Of a stretch of DNA of 64,000 nt, positions 1 through 9,892 are shown piece after piece. The notes beneath the pieces are model-generated. The model was given only the letters and a program-made list of their open reading frames with translations. It had not been told where the DNA came from and ran no database searches. Both the position numbers and the translations under genes were made by a program. The stretch is from Parafilimonas sp. (GTDB lineage Bacteria > Bacteroidota > Bacteroidia > Chitinophagales > Chitinophagaceae): positions 1,631 to 65,630 of the forward strand of contig NZ_JASGEX010000092.1 in the NCBI RefSeq assembly GCF_047606085.1. The letters are read 5' to 3'. How positions within the stretch are numbered: the stretch's first letter is position 1; each line of letters begins with the position of its first letter.

Positions 1-1008
1 TATAAACTGCATGGTACTATAAATATGCAGCGGTGCGCATATTTTTTCAGGCACCAGTTCGCTGTATGGTTTATTATAAATACGCTCAAGTATTACGCCC
101 AGTGTAGCTGCCGCCAGGTTGGAATATTCGTACATTGTACCTGGCTTACGTGATAGTTTATATGATAGCAAAAAACTAAAAAGCTCCTTCTCTGTGTAGT
201 TTTTATACGGGTTTAACGAATCAGTTGATGCTTCTGAAAAATTGGAAGGCATCCTCGGCAATCCTGACGTGTGGGCTGATAACATTTTTACAGTGATCAT
301 CGTGCCATCATAACTTAACGTTGGTATAGAATCAGGCAGGTATTTGTTTATGGGATCATCCAGTTTTATTTTGCCTTCATTCACTGCAAGCGCCAGTAAA
401 ATGGCGGTGAATGTTTTTGATATGGAGCCTATTTCAAACAAGGTATGCGCACCCGGTATTTCCTGATTGCCTTTTGCCGTTTCCCCGTAACCATAAAAGA
501 GCATCCTGCCATCTTTCAAAACACCAATGCTTAAGCCGGTTGTAACACTATTGCTTAAATAGTTTTGCGCAACGCTGTCAACAATTTTATCTAACGGTGT
601 GGCAAGCGGGTTATTGGTTGCTGCTGCAACTGCCTTTTTTGCCTGGGCCTGTGCATGCGGTTTAAACAGGAAAGTATATATCTTTTCTTTGTCATCAAGG
701 CTTAAATAAAAATCAAGCATGGCATTGCCAAAGATTGCTTTGTATTGGCTTACACCGTTGTTTATGGCAACAAATTCAGTTTCCATTTTCCCCAGCGGAA
801 AAAGATTATTATCTGTTATCTGTTTAAAAGTTTCATACGGCAATTGATTCCTGAAAATTTCTCCTGTTAATGCATATAATGAGTCAGCCTGCCTGGCATT
901 AAAATATTGCTTTACAAGTGTGCAAACAGAATCTGTTTTTTCCTGTATTTGTGCTGAAACATCCTCTATCATAAGCAGGCAAAGGAAAGAAAATAAAAAT
1001 GGCTTCAT
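1..1008 (-). CDS. Serine hydrolase (beta-lactamase-like) with N-terminal DUF3887-like domain; runs off left edge
   Basis: Manually translated from ATG at 1008 (MKPFLFSFLCLL signal peptide), open to position 1; FEIGSISK (SxxK) and YSN motifs. Confidence 0.85.
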   Translation of the reverse strand, partial: MKPFLFSFLCLLMIEDVSAQIQEKTDSVCTLVKQYFNARQADSLYALTGEIFRNQLPYETFKQITDNNLFPLGKMETEFVAINNGVSQYKAIFGNAMLDFYLSLDDKEKIYTFLFKPHAQAQAKKAVAAATNNPLATPLDKIVDSVAQNYLSNSVTTGLSIGVLKDGRMLFYGYGETAKGNQEIPGAHTLFEIGSISKTFTAILLALAVNEGKIKLDDPINKYLPDSIPTLSYDGTMITVKMLSAHTSGLPRMPSNFSEASTDSLNPYKNYTEKELFSFLLSYKLSRKPGTMYEYSNLAAATLGVILERIYNKPYSELVPEKICAPLHIYSTMQFI

Positions 1009-1144
1009 CTGCTGTGTTTTATAAGAGAGCAAGATAATTTTTTATGAAACACAGTGTTTGGAAGAATGCCTTTATACGTCTTTATTTTCAGCCAGGCCGC
1101 TGTTGCAGGCCGCCGGGCTTTGCCGCCAATCATAGTCTGAAAGC

Positions 1145-2161
1145 TTAGCTTCTTATCTCCCTGCGCATAAATAAATAATATGCTAAAGCGAAGCAGGCCG
1201 TTGTAGCCGCCAGCAGGCCGCTCAACTGCGGCCAAACCACCATCAGGCTTTCTTTAAAAGGCAAAGGCGAAGGAATAGCGCCGGCCATCTGTTCCATGGT
1301 AAGCGGGCCCAGGCTTCTTACCGAAGGCATAAGCAGGGTGGTAACCGCATCGGTATAAAGCTGGTTGGGCGCAAGGCTCATGATGTTCAGCAAAATACCG
1401 TTGTAATAAACAGCTTCTGCCGGGGAAAGAAAATTAGGGTTTGGCAGAAACGATTTGGCTATTAAGCTCACAATCATCGGGTAAAAGATGGTAAAGAACA
1501 GCCAGATGCCAATAGCTACCAGCGCCGATGTGGCCGCCTGTTTGAATTTGATGGAAAGCAAAATGGAAAGGCTCAGCCAAAAGCCAATATATACAATTGT
1601 GATGATAACAAAGCCGGCTATGCGCAGCGCTTCTTCAGGCTCCATGCGCACACCGGTAAGCAGCAGCCCGCCGCCTACCATGAGCAGGGCCAGCGAAAAG
1701 AACAGCGTGCTTACAATAATTAATGCGCTGATGAATTTAGACAGCAGCAAATTATCCCTGTAAACCGGTTGCGCCATCAGGCGGATAAGCGTGCCGCTGT
1801 TTTGCTCGGAATTAATGGCATCAAACCCTAAGCTTATGCCTAATAAAGGGCATAAAAAGCTGAGGAATATATGAAAGGCAGGCAATGAGCCATCGGTTGT
1901 TGTAAGCAGCTTCAGATAAAGAAAAAGATGGTCGGGGTCTTTTACATTCGCTATTGCCGTTTTTATGTTATTTAAGGAAACGTACATGGAAGCGAAGAAA
2001 GTAAGCGCCACCAGCAGCAGCAAAACCAGAAAGCGCCAGCTCCTGATATTATCAGCTATTTCTTTATACACCATTACCCTGAACGGGCTGTGTGGCTGTG
2101 CGTTATTGTTTGTTATATCTTTTAAAGAAAGATTTTTTAAAGAAACCGCCATGCTTTTCAT
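1145..2161 (-). CDS. ABC-2 type transporter permease
   Basis: Multiple TM helices, LGFDAINSEQNSGTL motif, directly downstream of ABC ATPase. Confidence 0.85.
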   Translation of the reverse strand: MKSMAVSLKNLSLKDITNNNAQPHSPFRVMVYKEIADNIRSWRFLVLLLLVALTFFASMYVSLNNIKTAIANVKDPDHLFLYLKLLTTTDGSLPAFHIFLSFLCPLLGISLGFDAINSEQNSGTLIRLMAQPVYRDNLLLSKFISALIIVSTLFFSLALLMVGGGLLLTGVRMEPEEALRIAGFVIITIVYIGFWLSLSILLSIKFKQAATSALVAIGIWLFFTIFYPMIVSLIAKSFLPNPNFLSPAEAVYYNGILLNIMSLAPNQLYTDAVTTLLMPSVRSLGPLTMEQMAGAIPSPLPFKESLMVVWPQLSGLLAATTACFALAYYLFMRREIRS

Positions 2162-3122
2162 GGGCTGTGCCCTCCGTTAAATTGTTTTCAAAATATTTTT
2201 GATAGATTTCATCCAGGCCATATTCTTTTTTCTGAACGCCTGTAACATCAAATTGCCGGTTCACAAAAAAGCGCACAATGCCGGGTGTTATATCTGCAGC
2301 ACAGGCTACTTCAACGGCATTGCCGGCTATTGTAACTTTCTTAACGGCAGGCTGCAGCAGCAGTTCCTGTTCCAGGCTTTCAGGCGATGCTACCGGCTGT
2401 TTAAATGTTACATGCACCACATAAGTTTCTTCTGCAAACAGGTTGCGGGAAAGCTTATCCATATTGCCTTCCACCAGCAACCTGCCTCCCACAAAAATGC
2501 CCACCCTGTCGCACACCTGCTGCACCTGGTGCAGGTGATGGGATGATAATAAAACCGTGAGTCCCTGTTGCCGGCTCAACTGGCGTATCAGCGCAAGAAA
2601 GTCTTTCACACCGCTGGGGTCAATGCCGAGTGTGGGCTCATCCAGGATGATGACTTCCGGCTGTTTTATAAGCACATCGGCAAGGCCAAGCCTTTGCTTC
2701 ATGCCCCGTGAAAAAGCGGCCGTTTTCTTTTCCATATCAGCGCCAAGCCCCACCATTTCCATCATTTCCACGGCACGCAGCCTTACCTCTTTTTCCGGTA
2801 TGCCATTCAGCCTTGATACATACATCAGGTTTTCCAGCGCCGTCATGCCATCATAAAAGCCAACGCTGTCGGGCATATAGCCTACTTTTCTTTTTACATG
2901 AATGGGCTGCGTGGTGGCATTATAACCGCACACCGTAGCAGCGCCTGCTGCCGGCTCTGTTAACCCAAGCATCATCAGTATGGTGGTTGTTTTGCCGGCG
3001 CCATTGGGACCAAGCAGGCCGAATATTTCCCCCTTGTAAATATCCAGGTTAAGGTCGTCAACAGCCTTAAGCGGGCCATAACATTTGGTAAGCCCTTTCA
3101 GTTCTATAACAGGATTTTCCAT
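2103..3122 (-). CDS. ABC transporter ATP-binding protein
   Basis: Walker A GPNGAGKT, signature FSRGMKQR, Walker B IILDEPT, H-loop. Confidence 0.95.
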   Translation of the reverse strand: MENPVIELKGLTKCYGPLKAVDDLNLDIYKGEIFGLLGPNGAGKTTTILMMLGLTEPAAGAATVCGYNATTQPIHVKRKVGYMPDSVGFYDGMTALENLMYVSRLNGIPEKEVRLRAVEMMEMVGLGADMEKKTAAFSRGMKQRLGLADVLIKQPEVIILDEPTLGIDPSGVKDFLALIRQLSRQQGLTVLLSSHHLHQVQQVCDRVGIFVGGRLLVEGNMDKLSRNLFAEETYVVHVTFKQPVASPESLEQELLLQPAVKKVTIAGNAVEVACAADITPGIVRFFVNRQFDVTGVQKKEYGLDEIYQKYFENNLTEGTAHEKHGGFFKKSFFKRYNKQ

Positions 3123-3128
3123 AGCCGT

Positions 3129-4007
3129 TTATCTTCTGCCGTATTTGCGAATGAGACGATAAACAAGATATATCGCCAGCAGTATCACCAGTATGCCTAT
3201 CCATCCTGAAATGATGGAGGTTTTAACCGTCATCCGGAATGCGGCATCGGAATGGCCGTTGGTGTTCCTCGCTGTAAAAGAAGTAACATAATCGCCGGTA
3301 ATGGTTTTATCAGGCACTTTTAAAGTGGCTGTTACGTCGGCGGTTTTGCCCGCGTCGAGCTGCTGTATTTTTGCAGGCTCAAAAGTAGCTTCCCATTTGG
3401 ATGGCGTTTGCGCCGAAAGCTCTACATTACTTAAAGGAAGCGAACCCGTATTCTTTACCACCAGTTGTATCTGCTTCTGGCTGCCTTCTGTTATATCGCC
3501 GCTCAAAAGCCCGGTGGGTGTGCTTAGCTGAATGCCGTAACTGCCTTTTACCACAGCCTGCAGGTTTAGCCGCAGGGTATCTTTTGCAGAAATGGCCATT
3601 ACAGGTATATTGTATTTAGCCGGGCTGGTATTTTCTGCTGCATTTATTTCAATGCTTATATTTTGTGTTTTGCCGGCATCCACGCTTATGGAAGATACCT
3701 GGCTGCCCGAGGCGCGGAACACTATATTCCAGCCTGCAGGCGCCTGTGTGTGCAGGTCGTAAATAAGCTGTTGCGAAGATCCATTGTGCAGGCTGGCATT
3801 GTACCGGAAGGTTTCATTAACCGCCGCTTCCACGTTAATGAGGTTTGATGTGAAAGCAGATGGGGCGTTTGCCCCTGCGGCCGCCGCCGTTTGGGCTGCA
3901 GCAGGCAAAGCACGGAATAAACAAACTGATAAAATAAAAACTGCCTGCAGGCGGAAAAGGCGGCCCATGCGCCGCATGATAATTGTAGATTTTGCTGACA
4001 TAGCCAA
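3129..4007 (-). CDS. NEW3 (NPCBM-associated) domain membrane-anchored protein
   Basis: Signal peptide, two Ig-like repeats (VKNTGS..L..V.L...P.W), C-terminal TM followed by RKYGRR; first gene of ABC operon. Confidence 0.7.
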   Translation of the reverse strand: MAMSAKSTIIMRRMGRLFRLQAVFILSVCLFRALPAAAQTAAAAGANAPSAFTSNLINVEAAVNETFRYNASLHNGSSQQLIYDLHTQAPAGWNIVFRASGSQVSSISVDAGKTQNISIEINAAENTSPAKYNIPVMAISAKDTLRLNLQAVVKGSYGIQLSTPTGLLSGDITEGSQKQIQLVVKNTGSLPLSNVELSAQTPSKWEATFEPAKIQQLDAGKTADVTATLKVPDKTITGDYVTSFTARNTNGHSDAAFRMTVKTSIISGWIGILVILLAIYLVYRLIRKYGRR

Positions 4008-4186
4008 GAAATAAAAATTATTATAGTTAGAATAATAGTTTCGTTATTAAAATACTCCCGGTTAATAAAGGAACATTTGCGGCAGCAGTGGTTAAAAAAT
4101 CGAGCTGCCAAGGTAATAGAAGAAAAAATATAGAAACAACAGATATTTTAGTTTTAAGAAAATTTTTAAATAAAGGCGAAGAAAAA

Positions 4187-4217
4187 AAGGTTTAAAGTTG
4201 AAGGTTTAAGGTGTAGG
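4187..4217. repeat. Degenerate heptamer tandem array (AAGGTTT AAAGTTG AAGGTTT AAGGTGT)
   Basis: 7-bp periodicity read directly in the intergenic region. Confidence 0.6.
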
Positions 4218-4291
4218 GCAGGATGTATTTCATCATTGCTGAACTCTTTTTATTTTGCGATATCTTATTTTAAATAATAATAACCGGTATA

Positions 4292-6913
4292 ATGAAAAAA
4301 ATATGCAGCTTTCTATATACAAAAATCTTTTACTGTTGCTTTATTACCCTCCTTTTTGCAGACTGCAAGCCAAAGCATGCGGCAACTGCAGATGCTTCTT
4401 TAAGCGATGCCGGCGTATCGCTTTCGCTCGCCACAAAAAGAAAAGCTTTAATCAGCAACATTCATTATACAGTAGCCGTGCATATTCCTGCCGATGCTGA
4501 AGAAATAATTAATGGAGAAGAAATCATTGCTTTTAACCTTGCCAGTGCTGACGACAGCTTATTGATTGATTTCAAGAATGATTCCAGCCATATTAAGCTG
4601 ATAAAAGTGAATAAAAAAGAAGCGCCTGTCATCATGAGGAATGAGCACATTTTTATACCGCCCAATCTTTTAAAAAAAGGAAGCAACCATGTTCAGGTAA
4701 AATTTATTGCAGGCAATGAGGCGCTCACCCGCAAGCCGGAATTTATGTACACGCTGTTTGTTCCCGAACGGGCAAGAACCTTTATGCCTTGTTTCGACCA
4801 GCCCGACCTGAAAGCTGTTTTTACCGTAAAGGCTGCGGTGCCATCCGAATGGATAGCCGTTTCCAATGGCGCCGTTAAAAACACAAATATCAGCGGCAAT
4901 GAAAAAACCTATTCCTTTAAAACTTCCGATACCATCAGCACGTATCTTTTCTCTATCGTTGCAGGCAAATTTCAGGCAGTTGCAAAAAAATTTGATAACA
5001 GGCGCATTACCCTGTATTACCGCGAAACAGATACAGCAAAACTCAGGTACAGCCTCGATACCATTTTACAGTTGCAGTATGCAGCACTGCAGTTTATGGA
5101 AAAATATACCGGCATCCTCTATCCCTTTCAAAAGCTGGATATCATCGCCCTTCCCGATTTCCAGTTTGGCGGCATGGAGCATGTGGGCGCTATTGATTAT
5201 GTAGCGTCTTCCCTCTTTCTCGACAAATCAGCCACACAAAGCCAAAGGCTTGGCCGGCTAAAGCTGTTGTCGCACGAAATAGCGCATGCATGGTTTGGCG
5301 ATATGGTTACGATGAAATGGTTTAATGATGTATGGATGAAAGAAGTGTTCGCCAATTTTATGGCCGATAAAGTGGCCGATGAACTGATGCCCGATGACAA
5401 AAGTGATTTTCGTTTTATGCTGGATCATTATCCTTCTGCATACTCGGTTGACAGAACGGAGGGCACGCATCCCATAAGGCAGCCATTGGATAACCTGAAC
5501 CAGGCGGGCTTATTATATGGCCCCATTATTTACGATAAAGCGCCCATCGTTTTAAAACAACTGGAAAAACTGGCAGGTAAAGACCTGTTTCAAAAAGGCG
5601 CACAGGAATATTTAAAAACCTACGCTTATAAAAATGCGGAATGGCCCGATCTTATTGCCATTATAAATAGATTAAGCAACAAAGACATAACGGAATGGAA
5701 TGATACCTGGATAAACAAAGCGGGCAGGCCGGTGATAAGTTATACGATGGGTGCAGCTAATGATGTTATCAGCAAATTCAATATTGCACAAACGGGTGAA
5801 CATAACCAGCGCGGTTTATGGAACCAGCAATTTGCAACAGCATTTGTAGCGGAGAATAACATAAAAACAGTGCCTGTAGCCCTCAACGATGCATCCGTTA
5901 CATTAAAAGAAGCGGCAGGCATACAACGCCCGGCTTTCATATTGTTCAATGCTTCGGGCGAAGGCTACGGATTATTCCCTGCCGATGAAAACATGCCTGC
6001 CAATATGCGCCTGCTGAAAGACCCGCTGATGCGTTTGTCAGGCTATATCAACCTGTATGAAAATGTTTTAAACGGCACCGTATTAACACCGCAGGAATTT
6101 TTGGAGGCAGGCATGAAAAACCTGGCAACAGAAAAAGAGGAGCTTAGTGTAAACCTGCTGAGCGGGCAATTCAGCAGCATCTACTGGCAGTTCCTGCTGC
6201 CTGCTGAAAGGGATATGATTGCTGCAAAAACGGAAACAGCTATATGGCAATGTATGCAGCAGGCAGATAACGCGGCCAAAAAGCGCATATTATTTTTGTT
6301 GTATAAAAATATTGCTGTAACAAAGCCTGCTGCCGATGTTATTTTCCATATATGGAAAACACAACAGGCGCCCCAGGGCGTGTTGCTTACGCCGGACGAC
6401 TATACCTCCATGGCCGCCGATCTCGCCATACGGCAATATCCCAATGCTGATACTATTTTATACAGGCAGCTTTCAAGAATAACGGATGCCGACCGCAGGG
6501 CAAGGTTTAGCTATTTGCTGGCGCCGCTTTCAAATAATGTAAGCACAAGAGATTCTTTTTTTTATTCTTTATCGGTTAAAAGCAACCGTATGAATGAAGC
6601 CTGGGTATTAACGGCCTTATCGTACCTGCATCACCCGTTAAGGGCTGCTTATTCGGAGAAATACCTGCCGCAAACACTGGAATGGCTGAGCGATGTGCAG
6701 CAAACAGGCAGCGTATTCTTTGCCATGCGCTGGCTGAATGCGTCGTTCGGCTCATATCAAACCCAAAGCGCTGCTGATGTGGTACACGCTTTCCTGAATG
6801 AGCATCCTGATTATAATCCAATCCTGAAAAGAAAAATTTACCAGGCAACCGATATGTTATTCAGGGCGGAAAAGATCACGCAGCATATTGAACAGGCCGG
6901 CAAAGTAAGATAA
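4292..6913 (+). CDS. pepN: M1 family aminopeptidase (lipoprotein-like N-terminus)
   Basis: GGMEH exopeptidase motif, HEIAH-x18-E zinc motif, YDKAP catalytic Tyr. Confidence 0.9.
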   Translation: MKKICSFLYTKIFYCCFITLLFADCKPKHAATADASLSDAGVSLSLATKRKALISNIHYTVAVHIPADAEEIINGEEIIAFNLASADDSLLIDFKNDSSHIKLIKVNKKEAPVIMRNEHIFIPPNLLKKGSNHVQVKFIAGNEALTRKPEFMYTLFVPERARTFMPCFDQPDLKAVFTVKAAVPSEWIAVSNGAVKNTNISGNEKTYSFKTSDTISTYLFSIVAGKFQAVAKKFDNRRITLYYRETDTAKLRYSLDTILQLQYAALQFMEKYTGILYPFQKLDIIALPDFQFGGMEHVGAIDYVASSLFLDKSATQSQRLGRLKLLSHEIAHAWFGDMVTMKWFNDVWMKEVFANFMADKVADELMPDDKSDFRFMLDHYPSAYSVDRTEGTHPIRQPLDNLNQAGLLYGPIIYDKAPIVLKQLEKLAGKDLFQKGAQEYLKTYAYKNAEWPDLIAIINRLSNKDITEWNDTWINKAGRPVISYTMGAANDVISKFNIAQTGEHNQRGLWNQQFATAFVAENNIKTVPVALNDASVTLKEAAGIQRPAFILFNASGEGYGLFPADENMPANMRLLKDPLMRLSGYINLYENVLNGTVLTPQEFLEAGMKNLATEKEELSVNLLSGQFSSIYWQFLLPAERDMIAAKTETAIWQCMQQADNAAKKRILFLLYKNIAVTKPAADVIFHIWKTQQAPQGVLLTPDDYTSMAADLAIRQYPNADTILYRQLSRITDADRRARFSYLLAPLSNNVSTRDSFFYSLSVKSNRMNEAWVLTALSYLHHPLRAAYSEKYLPQTLEWLSDVQQTGSVFFAMRWLNASFGSYQTQSAADVVHAFLNEHPDYNPILKRKIYQATDMLFRAEKITQHIEQAGKVR

Positions 6914-6930
6914 CCTTCCAAAGGTTATCT
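6908..6930. terminator. Perfect 10-bp hairpin at the pepN stop (AGATAACCTT-CCA-AAGGTTATCT); terminator or REP-like
   Basis: Inverted repeat read directly; no clear U-tract. Confidence 0.5.
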
Positions 6931-6992
6931 TACTTTGGTGTAAAATTGCATCAGGGTTTATTCACAATACACCAATCAAAAAAAATTCTGTT

Positions 6993-8393
6993 ATGTCAAA
7001 ACAAAACCACGCATCACGCAGAAAATTCCTGCAACAGATCGGCGCTACAGGCATACTGGCTGCCGCCGCGCCATTAAGCAGCCTGGCTGCAAAAGAAAAA
7101 GCGGAAGAAAGAATTCTGCATTACGAGAAAAAAATATCACCGGCAGACAAGATACGGATAGGTGTTATTGGTTTTGGCATACAGGGGCATTACGATCTTG
7201 CCACCGCATTAAAAGTGCCGGGCGTAGAATTAGCCGGCATTTGCGATTTATATACCGGCAGGTTAGAGAATGCGAAAGAACTATATGGCAATGATCTGTT
7301 CACCACAAGAAATTATAAAGCGCTTTTAGACAAAAGCGATATAGACGCCGTAATAATTGCCACCACTGATTGCTGGCATGCCCGCATTACAAAAGATGCA
7401 CTGGCAAAGGGCAAAGCAGTTTACTGCGAAAAACCAATGGTGTATAAAATAAGTGAAGGCGCCGATGTAATTGATGCGCAAAAAAAAGCCGGCAAAATTT
7501 TGCAGGTGGGCAGCCAGCGGGTAAGCAGCATTGGACTGGCAAAGGCAAAGGAATTATTGGCGGCAGGGGAAATAGGCAAGCTGAATATGGTGAATGCTGT
7601 ATATGACAGGCAGGGATCAATCGGGGCATGGGAATATACCATCCCTGATGATGCCAGTGCAGAAACAACGGACTGGGAACATTTTATTGAGGTGACTGAA
7701 AAAATGCCTTATGATGCTAAAAAATTCTTCTGGTGGCGCGCCTTTAAAGAAGTGGGCACCGGCGTGGCCGGAGATTTGTTCATCCACTTATTAAGCGGTA
7801 CACATTTTATCACCAATTCCAAAGGCCCCTCCTCCATTTACAGCACCGGCCAGTTCAGTTACTGGAAGGATGGCCGCAATATGCCGGATGTGATGGCAGG
7901 CGTAATGCAATATGCCGATACACAGGAACATCCTGCATTTCAATTGACGCTGCAGGTGAATTTTATAAGCGGCACCGGCGGGCAGGAAGCCATACGCTTT
8001 GTTGGCTCTGAAGGCGTAATGGATGTGAAGGGAAGCAATATTACGATACACCACAGCATAATGCCCGAAGCGCCGGGTTTTGGCGGCTATGATTCTCTTT
8101 TCACCTTCTCAAAAGAAATGCGTGAAAAAATGCAAAAGGAATATGATGCCAAATGGACTGCGGCGCAAAAGACACAACTAAAAAAAGATGATATTATTTA
8201 TAAAGCGCCGGAAGGATACAGCGAACATTTAGATCATTTCACCAATTTCTTTGACGCCATAAGGACCGGAAAACCCGTGGTGGAAGATGCCGTATTTGGA
8301 TTCAGGGCGGCTGCGCCTGCACTTGCCTGCAATGAGAGCTATTTCAGGAAGAAGATCATGAATTGGGACCCGGAAAACATGCAGTTGCTGTAA
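6993..8393 (+). CDS. Gfo/Idh/MocA family oxidoreductase, Tat-exported
   Basis: SRRKFL Tat signal, GxGxxG-like Rossmann, CEKP motif, DLFIH. Confidence 0.9.
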   Translation: MSKQNHASRRKFLQQIGATGILAAAAPLSSLAAKEKAEERILHYEKKISPADKIRIGVIGFGIQGHYDLATALKVPGVELAGICDLYTGRLENAKELYGNDLFTTRNYKALLDKSDIDAVIIATTDCWHARITKDALAKGKAVYCEKPMVYKISEGADVIDAQKKAGKILQVGSQRVSSIGLAKAKELLAAGEIGKLNMVNAVYDRQGSIGAWEYTIPDDASAETTDWEHFIEVTEKMPYDAKKFFWWRAFKEVGTGVAGDLFIHLLSGTHFITNSKGPSSIYSTGQFSYWKDGRNMPDVMAGVMQYADTQEHPAFQLTLQVNFISGTGGQEAIRFVGSEGVMDVKGSNITIHHSIMPEAPGFGGYDSLFTFSKEMREKMQKEYDAKWTAAQKTQLKKDDIIYKAPEGYSEHLDHFTNFFDAIRTGKPVVEDAVFGFRAAAPALACNESYFRKKIMNWDPENMQLL

Positions 8394-8424
8394 TTAAAAA
8401 AGGCTTGAAACAAGCCTTTTTTAA
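8394..8424. terminator. Bidirectional intrinsic terminator
   Basis: Perfect 14-bp arms TTAAAAAAGGCTTG-AAA-CAAGCCTTTTTTAA between convergent genes. Confidence 0.85.
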
Positions 8425-8445
8425 TTTGCAGGATTTTCAGATGCA

Positions 8446-9762
8446 TTACTTGAATGTATTGAAAAGCTCATCATATTTTTTGTACAAAGCATCATATTTA
8501 TCGTAATCGGCAGCATTACCGTCGAATTTGGTCCTGTCGCGTTTCCACAGGTATATCTGCGAAAGAAAATTAACGGTGTGGTTCAGGTTCGCGGTTTCAA
8601 GCTTTTCCCTGTCCTGTTTGGCGCTGAGAACGGCAAAGGCCTTTTCAAGCCATGCTGCTGATGTATCGGCGTATAACATTTGCTCTTTAGCTATGTCGTT
8701 ACGCTTGGCTTTTAATGCTGCCGATTCACCCGTATAGCCGTGATAACGGTCATCAAGCACTTCAAATGCATAATGATAATAATAACCGGCCCCAAATGCA
8801 TACAGGCCGTTAGCGCCATTGGTAGCATCGAATGCTTTACCATACGCCTGGGCAGCCGCTAATTTTAGCTGGACCTTCTGGGTGCTGTCAAGCCCGTTTA
8901 ACTGGGCAGAATCATTGGTGGCAAATGCTTCCCCGTATGCCACCAGTTTTTGTTCGTCCAGGCTTCCTGCCGATGATTCCTGCTGGTACTTTTGCAGAAG
9001 CTCAGTAAGGCTTGCATTGGCGGTCATGTTAGACATTTCATACTGCGACCAGGTGGAAGCGCTATCCGGGTAAACTTCTTTTGCAAGCGCAAGATATTTT
9101 TTAAAATCGTCATTGTCTTTTTTGTCCATGTAATATTGAATCAGGAACTGGTAGATGCTTGCATAATCTTCACCGGTTATTTTCAGGTCGGCCAGCCTTG
9201 AATAATATTTGGCGGCAGAATCAAGCTGTTTTGAATTTTGCGCGGCAACGCCGGTAAACAATACCATGGTTGTATCAATAGTAGAGGTTGACTGTGTCAG
9301 CTTATTATCAATCATCACCTGTCCCAGCCTTTCAGCTTTTGAAAAATATTTAAAAGCGCTATCCCAGGTTTTGGCTTTCCAGTAATCGTTGCCCCTTACT
9401 ATATACCCGTTATAAACACTGCTTAGCCCATTAACAAAATTGCCTTCCTTCATTTGTTTTAAGGAAGGGTCTAATTGCTGGTACTGGTAAAAAGCATCCA
9501 GGGAAACAGCATCGGCGTCAGGGCTTTGCGGGCCCATCGCAGAGTCGCCGTACAACTGTCCATATACATAGGATTTCCAGAGTAAGGCAGTTGGCTTTTC
9601 TTTATCTTTCAACTTGGGATCGGCCGTCCATTTATCCACCTGTTCTTTTGCTTTATCAAATTTCTTTTGCGACACATACAAGGCTATAACATCGCCATCC
9701 TGTGCCATAAGGTAACTGCTGAATGAAAATGAAAGCGCAATCAATAGAATTATTTTTTTCAT
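8446..9762 (-). CDS. TPR-like secreted protein
   Basis: MKKIILLIALS signal peptide (start moved to 9762), helical repeats; follows gyrA as commonly seen in Bacteroidota. Confidence 0.7.
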   Translation of the reverse strand: MKKIILLIALSFSFSSYLMAQDGDVIALYVSQKKFDKAKEQVDKWTADPKLKDKEKPTALLWKSYVYGQLYGDSAMGPQSPDADAVSLDAFYQYQQLDPSLKQMKEGNFVNGLSSVYNGYIVRGNDYWKAKTWDSAFKYFSKAERLGQVMIDNKLTQSTSTIDTTMVLFTGVAAQNSKQLDSAAKYYSRLADLKITGEDYASIYQFLIQYYMDKKDNDDFKKYLALAKEVYPDSASTWSQYEMSNMTANASLTELLQKYQQESSAGSLDEQKLVAYGEAFATNDSAQLNGLDSTQKVQLKLAAAQAYGKAFDATNGANGLYAFGAGYYYHYAFEVLDDRYHGYTGESAALKAKRNDIAKEQMLYADTSAAWLEKAFAVLSAKQDREKLETANLNHTVNFLSQIYLWKRDRTKFDGNAADYDKYDALYKKYDELFNTFK

Positions 9763-9892
9763 TGTTCTGTTTTTTAATTTTATATTAACCGATATTATAA
9801 TTAATGCTTTTATATATTTTTTAAACAACCAACATACCTTCCGGTTTATGGTTCACAATAAAGTGTAAACAGCTTTATTAAATATATCAAAT

